Positions 9,701-19,267 of a DNA stretch of 57,765 nt are shown piece after piece. The number at the start of each line of letters is the position of its first letter. Positions within the stretch are counted from its first letter, which is position 1. The DNA is from an uncultured virus (IMG/VR IMGVR_UViG_3300009151_000002) (lineage: Duplodnaviria > Heunggongvirae > Uroviricota > Caudoviricetes): IMG/VR virus record IMGVR_UViG_3300009151_000002; one strand, given 5' to 3'. Made by a program: the position numbers and the translations under genes. The notes beneath the pieces were generated by a model that saw nothing but the letters and a program-made list of their open reading frames with translations, made no database searches and was not told the DNA's origin.

Positions 9701-12318
9701 GCTATAATAGATGGAAGAGTACTTTGAGCATTTAATGTACCAAATGTACCAATGAAACTATTTAATTTTGTATCAAAATCACCAGGTTTACTTACTTGAA
9801 TACCTTCTTGTTCTGTTGTAATTTTACCACTTTCACCATAAAAATCACCACCATTTAAGGGTTTAAAAGTTACACTTCCTGTAAATGTATCACCAGATCC
9901 TGCTGCTAAGACACCCGGTTCAAGAAAATTTCCAAAACTAGTTACAAAACCACCAATTTCATGATTTTTTAATTCTTTACCTCTAACATCTGGAACTTCA
10001 AGATCTTGATATGCAGGACCTTTAGATACAGCAGTTCTTTTGCCAACAGATGAAATAATTGCTTCGACAAATCCTGCAAGTAACATTGGTACAATAATAA
10101 CATCTGATAACAATTTAAATTTAGGATGATCTGATGGAGTATTAAAATTTTGTTGACTGTATCCTGATAATTGACCATAAGTTTTAAATTCTGTTGTTGA
10201 TAAAAAAGGTGTAGTCATCATAGTATCCGGTGAGTGAAAACTAAAGATATCATCAGGTACACTTTGAGTATATACAAAATTTGGATCATTACTTATACCG
10301 GCTCTAATAAATGGATCATTATAATTAGCAACATGACCCCCTAGTGCAGCACTAAGAGGTTGTATAGTATTAAATGGATAATTAGGATATAAACCTGTAG
10401 TACTAATATTACCTGAGCCAGGAACCTGATAAGTTCTTAAATTGTTTACCATTCCTTTAGCAACAATTGTTTTGTTACCTTCTCTTGAACCTCTAAGAAT
10501 TTCAAAACCTACAATACCTGGTATATCATTACCATCATTATCTTTTGGTAAAGCAACATTTTCAAAATAAACACCCATTAGTCTAATAAAAAACTGATTA
10601 GTATTATTTTGAGGAGAAGGATTTCTTCTGAAATGTGTTACTGTATCTGCTGTACTTCCAGCTGCATAATCTTCTGGAAATTTATGATGTCTAATGTGTT
10701 TACCACATAAATCAAACTCTTCCGGATTTACAGTTGCATCTTGACCTGTCCAACAGTGTGCAGATGGATTCCATATGTCTGGTCTATTATCAGGATACTT
10801 CTCTGTTGATTCCCAATATCCCATGTCTCCTGTTGCTATAACAGTTCCCCCGTCATCAGTATTAGTACCGACTAGTGAGGATGAATTGTCTATTGTAGCA
10901 GTATTATAAACTTCAAATACTTTATCATCTGAGTATAATGTATTTTGATTACCAATTAAAATAGCATTTTCAATTAAACTTGCTCCGTTAGGAACATTAA
11001 AGTTTCTAGGTGGTCTTCCTGGGATATGATAAGTAGAAGTTTTATCTCCTGTATTATATACCCATCTAATAAAAAATGAATATACTTCATCTCTCATATA
11101 GTTAGTTTTGTTACCACCTTTTATGTAGTAATCTGCAGGGTATTCTACAGAAGCCCACTTAGTTCTAATTAAGTTAGCTAATGGTTGATAATTAAAATCA
11201 AACTTACTTCTTGGTCCAACTCTTAGCAAATAATTATTTACTTCTGCTATCTGATTTGAAGTTTCAAATACTGGAGTTTGTAAAGGAAGTTGTTCTAGAG
11301 GTATTGTTATGTTAGCTCCATTATCAATTTGATCAATACTTACGGTAGATGTATTAGTGGAGTATATACCCATTAACTGCGCTACAGTTTGTTGGTTAAC
11401 ACACTTCACCATTACTAATTGAAACTCATCAAAGTTTACATTATCTGCAGATATGTTTAAAGTAAGTGATCCTTGAAGATCTTGAGGTGAGTAAATAAAC
11501 TGATAATTACTTTGTGCAAAATAATCAGTTACTTTCTGTCCTTTTATAGTATATGCTATAAGAGCAAAATATGTCCCGTTAGCCAGTGTACCCCCTTGTT
11601 GTCCTCTTGTTAAGTTTAAACAAGGTGTAGTCATAAGTCTAGCTAATCTAATATGCTCACAATCTAATTTGTTTGTGTTTTCACATATGTTACAGTCATT
11701 AACAACTTCACATTTTTTTATCCATTGTACATTTGGCCAAAGTATTTTAGTTCCTCCAGGTCCTTGGTAGTAATTTGCATTAGCTCCTATAGATGTTATG
11801 TAGGAATAATCTGGTCCAGGCCATGTATGTGGATCTCCAACATTTAAATATCTATCTGGATTTAAACCATCACCCCAATATACTTGCCATGTACAATCTT
11901 CTTTCAATCTTGATACACCAGATATTAAATATCTTTTATCAAAATTTAAACAAGCATCAATTACAATAGGTTTATAATTACATTGTTCTTCTTCAAATAA
12001 ACCAATTTCAGAACTTACAGGCTGACCATTTGTATTATGACCCGCTGTAAATATTATCCACTTATCTGAAAAAAGATATACAGTCCCTATTACTAATTTT
12101 TCTACAGCAATACTAGGCATAAATGCACCAGCATTAAAACAAATATAATTAGCAGCTTCATTAGATATTGAACCTACTTTACCTGTCTTAGAGTTATTCA
12201 CCATGTTGACAGCATGTGTCCACATACCGTCTGTAACATATGAAGAATCTGAATCTTTATTAAGCCCCTTTATAAAACTATCCGTTATAGTCTGGGAAGT
12301 ATCTTGCATATCTGCCAT
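6763..12318 (-). CDS. Tail stabilisation/muzzle protein (crAss-like Tstab, beta-propeller)
   Basis: 1851 aa. N-terminus SFIKGLNKDSD...AVN, YWGDGLNP.RY, YMRDEVYSFFIRW and C-terminal WISFHDW are typical of crAss-like stabilisation proteins; synteny after IHF and ring genes. Confidence 0.8.
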   Translation of the reverse strand: MADMQDTSQTITDSFIKGLNKDSDSSYVTDGMWTHAVNMVNNSKTGKVGSISNEAANYICFNAGAFMPSIAVEKLVIGTVYLFSDKWIIFTAGHNTNGQPVSSEIGLFEEEQCNYKPIVIDACLNFDKRYLISGVSRLKEDCTWQVYWGDGLNPDRYLNVGDPHTWPGPDYSYITSIGANANYYQGPGGTKILWPNVQWIKKCEVVNDCNICENTNKLDCEHIRLARLMTTPCLNLTRGQQGGTLANGTYFALIAYTIKGQKVTDYFAQSNYQFIYSPQDLQGSLTLNISADNVNFDEFQLVMVKCVNQQTVAQLMGIYSTNTSTVSIDQIDNGANITIPLEQLPLQTPVFETSNQIAEVNNYLLRVGPRSKFDFNYQPLANLIRTKWASVEYPADYYIKGGNKTNYMRDEVYSFFIRWVYNTGDKTSTYHIPGRPPRNFNVPNGASLIENAILIGNQNTLYSDDKVFEVYNTATIDNSSSLVGTNTDDGGTVIATGDMGYWESTEKYPDNRPDIWNPSAHCWTGQDATVNPEEFDLCGKHIRHHKFPEDYAAGSTADTVTHFRRNPSPQNNTNQFFIRLMGVYFENVALPKDNDGNDIPGIVGFEILRGSREGNKTIVAKGMVNNLRTYQVPGSGNISTTGLYPNYPFNTIQPLSAALGGHVANYNDPFIRAGISNDPNFVYTQSVPDDIFSFHSPDTMMTTPFLSTTEFKTYGQLSGYSQQNFNTPSDHPKFKLLSDVIIVPMLLAGFVEAIISSVGKRTAVSKGPAYQDLEVPDVRGKELKNHEIGGFVTSFGNFLEPGVLAAGSGDTFTGSVTFKPLNGGDFYGESGKITTEQEGIQVSKPGDFDTKLNSFIGTFGTLNAQSTLPSIIANIGAGGGNYEDTYEDAAKSAKDVLGGIYTAQEIHSEWNDSRYLPTSLKGVNNTGRFAYYFSEGMRVTLDLIYVLTAYKQYALQQKAYGFYANIEKNLNTDTTRFKMEDGFYLRDNIQSVSRYQDNNGTWRSYNINNIKRSPKVIVRTKAGNNQNIGPKLLSGDKSLTTLGTLIQTNPTSLLPIGTSLPDFEGNIDRTFSLPIQSHYGAIRGRVRNQYGQLDSIKQLPVGTCEQKLSDYNINPSTIVCDSVNIIKNTIFRTTLMFGGDTYINRYTEKDSMCFFFDWLYNQPNGFEYNYYLRSMIPNPRFRLNSRFYDAQDFAQAFNVLNVANLPTVINSIISIITGVSNFPPGEGILPTDFYNLDYVKDSKKYNYNNDKAGNYPGFFTCKDSYFYISVSSIRDFFVESEVLVDFRTQPEEIARKYYNPYNFTDYNAMFDTNPLILGVNSFNQYDYSLSVSKLYNQYFSLGSVQSRYYNPNVADLCYTYYPNRIIYSLPQQDEAIKDSWFVYLVNNYKAFKSHVSGVKSINKSGLVITFKNDSPIMYQGVDTLQTDLGTKVTLGDGGLFSQAPQQLSNADKPYEYGASQNRLSVISTPVGIYYMSQAAGKVFSIGEGLQEISQQGMKWWFTVFLPYKLTQDFPLYPYQDNPVAGIGCQAVFDNTNTILYFCKKDYELKDKYKGKVTYIPLKGDSTGDYFMINGNTTAKFKLGDPILFRDASWTISYDPKNQFWISFHDWHPDLFMPTKDVFISTKGTGGWRHNWICDKYCNYYGIDYACEIDVPITTGQSVTTTRSVEYIMEAYRKTDNCVDSYHVLDYNFDTAVVYNSEQVSGYLNLNIYPKNDLALTRQFPRLNPVTLTSFDILFSKEENKYRFNQFWDITKDRGEFPIGTAYPAGQGPYVSGTTTLLGNYSNLNTWITEPDGFRRVLNQNNLNYAKPELQRKKFRHYMSFINFKKNISGNTNIVLKIDNSKNEISLR

Positions 12319-12319
12319 C

Positions 12320-13372
12320 TTAGATTACTTTAGTATTATAATTTAACCTAGCATAATTACCAAATGTTGGAGCTTTAAACATGTCATAGTATTTAGAATA
12401 CTGAGCTCTTCTATTAGTCCACCATAGTTGCTCCATCTCTCTGAAGTTTGGAGTGTTAACTAAACTAAGAGCATTATTTCTAGCATCTTTTAGTTCAGGT
12501 AAAATGATTTGTAATCTTTGAGCTACATCCTCTCCATTCAAATATAAGTTTTCAAGAATTCTTTTCTTGAATGCATATTCATAGTAATCATTAAGTCTTG
12601 GATGATCAGGAACCATTAAGTTTCCATTCTCATCTTGTAGTTCTCCTTGGTAATTTACATAAACATGACCATCTTGGAAAGTAGTAAAAAGAAAACCATC
12701 TTTAAGCCAACCTTCATCTGGACCATTATAATACAAGTTAGGACATTCACATTCTATGTTCTGACTTGGTTTCATTCTTAACTGAACAAGTGTATTATAT
12801 TTTCTTGTAAGTCCTGAGTGAACTACTTGGATTAATTCATATGACTCTCCTTTACAATTCATAAATACTCTTGGAGCTACACATGTATCTCCATAAGGAT
12901 TCTCTGGATCATAAGTTGGTGTTGTATTTGTGATAGGTGTATTAAGTCCACAAGCAGCTGTGTGGTTGCATGGATTAGAATTACAGGTTCTACAGTTAAC
13001 TGTTGCTACAGCACAACTATCTACACCACCAGGAAATTCTTGATATTTTACAGTTCCTAATGGAACCTCTTGTATATTAGTTCCACCAACTCTTCCATCA
13101 AAACCAACATGCTCTGTTCTTTCATGGCAGGACATACCAAAATTCCATACATAGAAGTCGTCTGGGAGCTTAACTCTTCCATGACAGATATCTAGTACCA
13201 CTTCTTTAGTTTGATTGATTCTAAGACCTAAATCATAATTGATCTTTCTAGCAAGTTTAATTAATTGCTGTGGCTCAATCATGTTCTCTAAAGCAAAGCT
13301 TGGTAAATCAATCTGAACATCTTCCATCAATTGGTCAAATGTTCTGTATTTGAGTGTATAATTAAAGTCCAT
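12320..13372 (-). CDS. Tail ring/tubular protein (crAss-like Ttub)
   Basis: 350 aa. VKLPDDF and GHVYVNYQG...DENGNLMVPD motifs; located immediately before the muzzle gene. Confidence 0.65.
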   Translation of the reverse strand: MDFNYTLKYRTFDQLMEDVQIDLPSFALENMIEPQQLIKLARKINYDLGLRINQTKEVVLDICHGRVKLPDDFYVWNFGMSCHERTEHVGFDGRVGGTNIQEVPLGTVKYQEFPGGVDSCAVATVNCRTCNSNPCNHTAACGLNTPITNTTPTYDPENPYGDTCVAPRVFMNCKGESYELIQVVHSGLTRKYNTLVQLRMKPSQNIECECPNLYYNGPDEGWLKDGFLFTTFQDGHVYVNYQGELQDENGNLMVPDHPRLNDYYEYAFKKRILENLYLNGEDVAQRLQIILPELKDARNNALSLVNTPNFREMEQLWWTNRRAQYSKYYDMFKAPTFGNYARLNYNTKVI

Positions 13373-14043
13373 TATCTTAAAATATTTTGACCGTCATCAG
13401 TACCGTCAACTGGTATTTGAGCAATCATGGTTAATTCTTTTAGTGCATACTGTTCTATTTCTGAAAATAAATAATCAGGAAATGGAAATGGTTGATCTTG
13501 TTTAAGTTTACATTGATCTTCTGGATCACATTGATAAGCTGTGATATCACCATCAAATATAGCTTCTATTCTTATGGCCTCCCAATCAACATTAGGTAGA
13601 TACAAATAGCCATTTAAAAACCAAAAATATTTTCTTGTGTTATATTTAAAAGTAGTTGATCTTGTTATAGAAACCCAAGTACCAGGATTTGTTCTAAACA
13701 TAATATCACTACCATCTATTGAAGATACAGTACGTATAATAGGACCTAGTACACCATTTAATATAGAAGGAATTTTTTCTTTAGTCCTTTTAAAGTAGCA
13801 TCCTGAATATACTCCTGTACATCCAGCTTCAATCTTATCTACATCTATAAGTTCTACAAAAGGTAATACAGAAAATATAGAACTTATTTTCATAAGTCTA
13901 TACTGGTTGTCTTCTCTTTTAAGTAATGTTTGACCATACTTTAAAAGAGATAAATAAATCACTCTATCAGTTAAGAATGGATCTTCTTTTACTGCTTTAA
14001 GAGTGTTTCTCATTCTTGATATTGCTTCACCAACTGTTGTCAT
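13372..14043 (-). CDS. Tail ring/neck structural protein
   Basis: 223 aa. KYFWFLNGYLY...IRIEAIF...DQPFPFP pattern resembles crAss-like ring proteins; synteny. Confidence 0.6.
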   Translation of the reverse strand: MTTVGEAISRMRNTLKAVKEDPFLTDRVIYLSLLKYGQTLLKREDNQYRLMKISSIFSVLPFVELIDVDKIEAGCTGVYSGCYFKRTKEKIPSILNGVLGPIIRTVSSIDGSDIMFRTNPGTWVSITRSTTFKYNTRKYFWFLNGYLYLPNVDWEAIRIEAIFDGDITAYQCDPEDQCKLKQDQPFPFPDYLFSEIEQYALKELTMIAQIPVDGTDDGQNILR

Positions 14044-14621
14044 AATTCAAATTCATTATATGTTTTAAGAGCATTTTGGGTAAGTGCCGCTTCCTTTCCC
14101 GCATAGTATACTTGTTGATATAGTTTTTTGATTTTTTTATTATTCTCTACTACTCTGTACATATTCCAATTTTCAGGATATGATTTAGCAACAAGTCTTT
14201 TAAAATCTCTACATGCAACAAAAGTCCAATACTCTCTATTTTTCATTTTATGTTTTAGTGCATTGCTTGTAAAGAATATCTTTGCTAACTTTCCATCCGT
14301 AGCAAAATTATTATTATTCACTTCTACACCATACTGTCTAGATTTAGAAAAATCAACATTTCTTTTCTTACTTTGTTGACATGTTCCTACAAAAAGCCAT
14401 CCAATTTGATCAGGTAGTTGAACACCATCTCTACTATCAACAACCATATTATACACTGTTCTATTAAATGTCTTTGTTATATTCTTTAACATGCTGTTTT
14501 CATACTTAGCATATCTAGGATACTTTTTTTTAAATCCATCAAAGAACTCTTTGTCTAAAAGATTAGATACTTCAGGTCTATATCTCGGTGCTGATAAATC
14601 AGGTGTCTTAAACTCTCTCAT
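14040..14621 (-). CDS. IHF/HU-like protein of crAss-like tail module
   Basis: Basic 193 aa with helix then GVQLPDQIGWLFV and ...FVACRDFKRLV, an IHF-like pattern; conserved position before ring and muzzle genes. Confidence 0.6.
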   Translation of the reverse strand: MREFKTPDLSAPRYRPEVSNLLDKEFFDGFKKKYPRYAKYENSMLKNITKTFNRTVYNMVVDSRDGVQLPDQIGWLFVGTCQQSKKRNVDFSKSRQYGVEVNNNNFATDGKLAKIFFTSNALKHKMKNREYWTFVACRDFKRLVAKSYPENWNMYRVVENNKKIKKLYQQVYYAGKEAALTQNALKTYNEFEL

Positions 14622-14623
14622 AA

Positions 14624-14658
14624 TAATATAGTAAAAATTAGTTATATTAGCAAATATA
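14624..14658 (-). promoter_or_regulatory. Putative promoter (TATATTTG at 14651-14658; CTATATTA at 14624-14631)
   Basis: Bacteroidota -7 box TAnnTTTG plus a late-type box, directly after a terminator. Confidence 0.45.
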
Positions 14659-14662
14659 GCTA

Positions 14663-14691
14663 TAAAACAAAACCCCTACAAGTGCAGGGGT
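14663..14691 (-). terminator. Rho-independent terminator
   Basis: Minus strand ACCCCTGCA-CT-TGTAGGGGT followed by TTTGTTTTA. Confidence 0.8.
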
Positions 14692-14738
14692 CTGTCCGTA
14701 GTTGTAAGAATAAACCAACAAACTTCAACTAACTAATA
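14663..14738 (-). ncRNA. Candidate 3'-UTR-derived small RNA: hairpin with UUUGUUGGUUU loop plus terminator
   Basis: UAGUUG/CAACUA stem (14699-14731) encloses a loop complementary to the AAACCAACAA leader motif found before four start codons. Confidence 0.4.
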
Positions 14739-15383
14739 TCAAGGAATATTAAATGGTGTTAAAGGATGATTACCTGTAGCAGTCATAATTTTTTTAAGTT
14801 GTTGCATCATTAATCCCAGTACTGTTCTAAATTCTAAATAATGACTATACTCAGGAGTTTGATAATTTGTAAAATCTATAGTGTATGTATATGGTTGATC
14901 TGGTACATTTGGTCCTACTGGAATATTTATTGTGATTGTTTCCACACCTGTTTTTTTATTAGGGTCTCCCAAAGGCAATAATGAATTTTGCATCTGCTCT
15001 CTTTTAGATCTAAAATTTATAGATTTTATAATAAAACCATCAGGTTGTCCATAATATAAATCACACATTGCAGTTAAATTACTTAAAGAATTACATTTTT
15101 CATTAAGTAAACCTTCAGGTATAATTATATCTCCTGTAATAGGATCTTGATAACCAGGATCATAATAAAAAGCATATGAAGATAAAAAGTATTCATTAAC
15201 AGCATTTAACCAAGCATCATATGTTGCTCTTGCTGTTGTAAATAAATCTATTGTATCAGGAAAACCTGTATTTTCAGTACAAGTATTACCTATTGCACCA
15301 TTAAGACAATAATCTTCCAAATCAACATTACAAACTCTAGGTATGTAATTATTCCAAATTTCTATGTTCTTTATAAAACTCAT
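14739..15383 (-). CDS. Hypothetical protein (tail/fibre module)
   Basis: 214 aa ORF, tightly coupled to the upstream gene. Confidence 0.6.
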   Translation of the reverse strand: MSFIKNIEIWNNYIPRVCNVDLEDYCLNGAIGNTCTENTGFPDTIDLFTTARATYDAWLNAVNEYFLSSYAFYYDPGYQDPITGDIIIPEGLLNEKCNSLSNLTAMCDLYYGQPDGFIIKSINFRSKREQMQNSLLPLGDPNKKTGVETITINIPVGPNVPDQPYTYTIDFTNYQTPEYSHYLEFRTVLGLMMQQLKKIMTATGNHPLTPFNIP

Positions 15384-15385
15384 AA

Positions 15386-16750
15386 TTAAACTGGATATTT
15401 TAATTCATATTTAAATCTATGAAACATTACGTAATCATTAGCCCAAATAAAAGGTGCATTTGCTAATGTAAGTGCATTAAATGATGCTAACCAAGCATTT
15501 CTTCTTGATCTGTTTATTTGACCTATGCTAACTATTATATTACCTAATGTTACACTCCACATATTTGTAACAGGATCCCATGCATATTCACCAAATAAAG
15601 TTGGATCTAATGGATCAGTTGCCCATTTTACTAATTGACCGGGCTGTCCAGTGGGAGGTGTATTTCCAAAAGGTACAGCATCTATCCAATAAAATTTTGT
15701 ACAATCTTCAGGATCTAACATTGAGAATCTTTCAGCTAATGTTTGATTAGATAATTCAGGCCAAGAAATTTCATTCCATACTCTAAATGTACATTCCGGA
15801 CATCCCCATAAAATATTATAATTCATGAGACCTCCTTTATAAAATATTAATTGATCACCTAAATTACCTGGTTCCCATTGTGTGTAATCTAATATTTCAG
15901 GTGTTATAACATTTTGTGTACCTACATTTTCACTTAATGAATTTTCATTAAGATTTTTTAAATATTCATCTCTATTAGCTCTATACTCACTTGCAGCATC
16001 TTCATATGATGGATAACCTTCAATACAACAAATATTTTTTAATTCCGTACATGTAGGCATGTAATCTGGATCATCCATAAAATCCATTGGAGTTAAAGCA
16101 AATGGAGTTTCATATCCATTGTTGTTAAATATCCTACCTCCTAAAAATGCTTGTCTTAATTGAGGTGGATCAACTATTATAGAATAACAGTCTGATGCAT
16201 AAAGAAAATGAACTGTTTCTTTACATCCTCTTGAATCTTTAACTGTAAGTTGAATATTACTTACTTTAATATTTTTATCTATGTTACCTGTTATAATTGC
16301 ATTACCTGCAATACAAGTTAAATTCAAAGTAGGTAATGTTGTTGAGCCAGAAACAAAATGACCAACAAAATCTCCTTGAGCAATTTCCCATTTATATGTA
16401 TAAGGTGCTTGACCATTTGTTACACTAGCAGTTAATGTTGGAGTATCCTCATCATCTGGATTTGGAACAATATTAACTTCTAGAGCACATCTTGGAGGTG
16501 TTTGACAAATAATATCAAGTATGCTTTGTAAAGCTGATTCTAAATTTTCAAACTTATTAATTACTACAAAGGTGGTTCCACAATATAATATATTGTTATT
16601 TGTGTATTGTATACATGCTGAATCAAGTATCTCAGAACATGCATATGATTCTGGACAAGTTCCTGGATCAGGACAAATTGTATATGATTTAGGTATGTAG
16701 TTTAAAATTACTTTTTTATTGCTACCACCACAGTTTCTACAAATAGGCAT
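15386..16750 (-). CDS. Cys-rich structural protein with Ig/SprB-like domain
   Basis: 454 aa. N-terminal C-x-E-x(2)-DSAC-x-x-YT module shared with neighbours; TASVTNGQAPYTYKW Ig-like repeat. Confidence 0.5.
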   Translation of the reverse strand: MPICRNCGGSNKKVILNYIPKSYTICPDPGTCPESYACSEILDSACIQYTNNNILYCGTTFVVINKFENLESALQSILDIICQTPPRCALEVNIVPNPDDEDTPTLTASVTNGQAPYTYKWEIAQGDFVGHFVSGSTTLPTLNLTCIAGNAIITGNIDKNIKVSNIQLTVKDSRGCKETVHFLYASDCYSIIVDPPQLRQAFLGGRIFNNNGYETPFALTPMDFMDDPDYMPTCTELKNICCIEGYPSYEDAASEYRANRDEYLKNLNENSLSENVGTQNVITPEILDYTQWEPGNLGDQLIFYKGGLMNYNILWGCPECTFRVWNEISWPELSNQTLAERFSMLDPEDCTKFYWIDAVPFGNTPPTGQPGQLVKWATDPLDPTLFGEYAWDPVTNMWSVTLGNIIVSIGQINRSRRNAWLASFNALTLANAPFIWANDYVMFHRFKYELKYPV

Positions 16751-16752
16751 AA

Positions 16753-17301
16753 TTAAACTAAATTAGCAAATGTATAATATCTTGTTGCTTTATTTAAAGC
16801 ACCATCAGTTACATCTAATCTTATATGAGACATATTAACAGCACCAGTTGCACCACTTATTCCACCTACCTGAAATGTATTACCTACTATAGGTGAAAGA
16901 ATAACAGATGAAAAATTAGCACCACCGGTTATTGTATGACCAATAAATGTTCCTTGTGCTATAGACCATAAAAATTGATAAGGTGCAGTACCACCAGATA
17001 CACTTGCAGCTAACCCACCTTCATTATCAGTAATTTCAACTACTAGAGTTCCACTTGTAATTTCACAAACTTTGTCAACTATATTTTGTAATGCTTGATC
17101 TATAGTTGTATTAGTTGCAACAACAGTATCTTCACCACAGTCTAAATTTAAACCTGTGTATACAACACATGCTGAATCAAATGTCTCTTCACACTTCTGT
17201 GGTGTAGGGCATTCAGCTGGATCCGAGCATGGTGCTACAGGTAAGAAAGTATCTTTACATCCACAATCTTTACATCCACAATTTGTACAATTAGTTTCCA
17301 T
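16753..17301 (-). CDS. Cys-rich structural protein, paralogue of the N-terminal part of 15386-16750
   Basis: 182 aa. CEETFDSACVVYTG and ASVSGGTAPYQFLWSIAQGTFIGH align with the downstream gene. Confidence 0.5.
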   Translation of the reverse strand: METNCTNCGCKDCGCKDTFLPVAPCSDPAECPTPQKCEETFDSACVVYTGLNLDCGEDTVVATNTTIDQALQNIVDKVCEITSGTLVVEITDNEGGLAASVSGGTAPYQFLWSIAQGTFIGHTITGGANFSSVILSPIVGNTFQVGGISGATGAVNMSHIRLDVTDGALNKATRYYTFANLV

Positions 17302-17312
17302 GGTTTAATATT

Positions 17313-19235
17313 TTATAAGTTTATTGTTGGAAGTAAATCTTCAGATAATTTTACAATTTGCAATGATATTCCATCACTACCATTTAAATGATTTGCAGTA
17401 TAGGTTCTACCTGTAATATTTAAAACATTTATACCAAGTTGTGTATTTGCGAATAGATATACAGTTCTTGTTGTTGTAAGATCAATTTGTGTTGTTTTAT
17501 TTGCAATTACAGGTTGAAAGTTACCACAAAAAATATCTGTAGTATTACCTGCATTAACAATACCTAATCCAATATTACCATCTACTGTGTCCCAAAAATA
17601 TTGACCTTCTAATGGAGCACTACTTGCATTACAGTTAGTTTTTAAATGCATGTGTGCTGATATTGTATAAACACCAGCTTGAGTAATTGTAAATATTCCT
17701 GAATCAGAATCTAGTATACCAAATGTATTACCATAATTTTGAAAGTCTGTAGTAGTTAAATATGTAGCCACACCATAATGTGTAACAGTTACATTTTTAT
17801 TTGCATAAGCACCAACAGATCCAGTTGTTTGAATAAAGTTAGGTTTTAACATTCTTTGTCCGCCACCAGTTACAGGTATACTATAACCAGTATTGGTACT
17901 AGGTGTATAACATGAATTAGCTACCGAACCTTGCGTTACAGGTAGTATATCTGTCCAACTACAATATTTGTCACTTCTCATACTCCATCCCATAACAAAT
18001 GAATCTAAACCATACTTACTATATACTTCATATGTTGTATCATTAGTTGTAGGATTTGTTGATGCAGTTACAGAAACTGTATTAGTTGTATCTAAAGATG
18101 CTTGAACAATTGCTTCCTTACTATTAACAGTGTAAATTGTATTTACCGGATCTAATGTATTTACATCAACAGTAACATTAGTTCCTGCAGCAACAGTAGT
18201 TCCTCTTGCATTTACTGTATACTCAGTATTGAGATCTACTACATTTGTAGTAACACTAGCAATATTTGTACCACCAGCAACTGAAGAACTTTTAGCTTTG
18301 ATAGCAAATGAAACTTCTGGTCCACATGTTCCAGGAGTTGTTGTAGTAGTAACTATTACATTAGAGTTACCTGCAGTTACATTATATCTTTTATATGCAT
18401 CTCTAATATCTTGAACAGTTAACCACAAATCAATAAAGCTTTCACTTAAATTAGTTGGTGTTGTGATCCATGTAGTAGAGAATAATTGATCTAATGTTAA
18501 AGCACAGTTAGATAAAGCACCATCTGTACCTGATACAGTTTGTGAATTAAAAGCTACTGTTATATCTGATGGTTGACCTGTTGTTCCAAGTAACGCACAG
18601 TATCCATGATTATCATCATTAATAAGTGCTCTAAGAATTATATTTAGAGGGTATGATACTCCGGCAACAACACTACCATTTGCTAATGTACAATCTGGTA
18701 TAACAGAAGGAAGTACGTATGGAGGTGTAGGTGGAATAGATTCTAATGCTATTACTCTATTTGTTATATTGGTAATAGAATTATTTATTGTAGTAATATC
18801 ATCTATAATAGAACAGATAGTATTACCAATCATTTGTACATAGTCTAACAGCTTCATTGTAGTTTGAGTACCTGTTTGTAAACAAGCAGGTACGGGTACA
18901 ATACAATCTGTAGGACATGAACTATTTCCTCCACGGGTCGGAAAAGCACTAGGTGCTGGTATACTATTTGTTTCACAAATCTTATTAATTAAAATTTGTA
19001 GTAATTGATTAATGTTAGTAGGTTTACCTGTTGTAATTTTTAAACAAGTTAAATCAAGTGTAGAAATATTTACAGCATCTACAATGTCACATAGCTGCAT
19101 AGCTAATGCATATACTACATCTGTAATAGTATCTCCTGTACATAATTTTATACATGGAATATTTGGACCTTGCCAAATAACACAGTTACTTGATATAGGA
19201 CTACAAGGGCTGTTATCTAAATTAAGTGGTTTCAT
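17313..19235 (-). CDS. Putative tail fibre/spike with Cys-rich N-terminus and C1q/TNF-like C-terminal domain
   Basis: 640 aa. Short coiled coil, Thr/Val-rich repeats, and GIFTITQAGVYTISA, a C1q/BclA-like motif. Confidence 0.5.
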   Translation of the reverse strand: MKPLNLDNSPCSPISSNCVIWQGPNIPCIKLCTGDTITDVVYALAMQLCDIVDAVNISTLDLTCLKITTGKPTNINQLLQILINKICETNSIPAPSAFPTRGGNSSCPTDCIVPVPACLQTGTQTTMKLLDYVQMIGNTICSIIDDITTINNSITNITNRVIALESIPPTPPYVLPSVIPDCTLANGSVVAGVSYPLNIILRALINDDNHGYCALLGTTGQPSDITVAFNSQTVSGTDGALSNCALTLDQLFSTTWITTPTNLSESFIDLWLTVQDIRDAYKRYNVTAGNSNVIVTTTTTPGTCGPEVSFAIKAKSSSVAGGTNIASVTTNVVDLNTEYTVNARGTTVAAGTNVTVDVNTLDPVNTIYTVNSKEAIVQASLDTTNTVSVTASTNPTTNDTTYEVYSKYGLDSFVMGWSMRSDKYCSWTDILPVTQGSVANSCYTPSTNTGYSIPVTGGGQRMLKPNFIQTTGSVGAYANKNVTVTHYGVATYLTTTDFQNYGNTFGILDSDSGIFTITQAGVYTISAHMHLKTNCNASSAPLEGQYFWDTVDGNIGLGIVNAGNTTDIFCGNFQPVIANKTTQIDLTTTRTVYLFANTQLGINVLNITGRTYTANHLNGSDGISLQIVKLSEDLLPTINL

Positions 19236-19253
19236 ATCTTTTACTTCTTATTT

Positions 19254-19261
19254 TAATATAC
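19254..19261 (-). promoter_or_regulatory. Putative late promoter box (GTATATTA)
   Basis: TTTTGTATATTA upstream of ATG 19235. Confidence 0.5.
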
Positions 19262-19267
19262 AAAATA

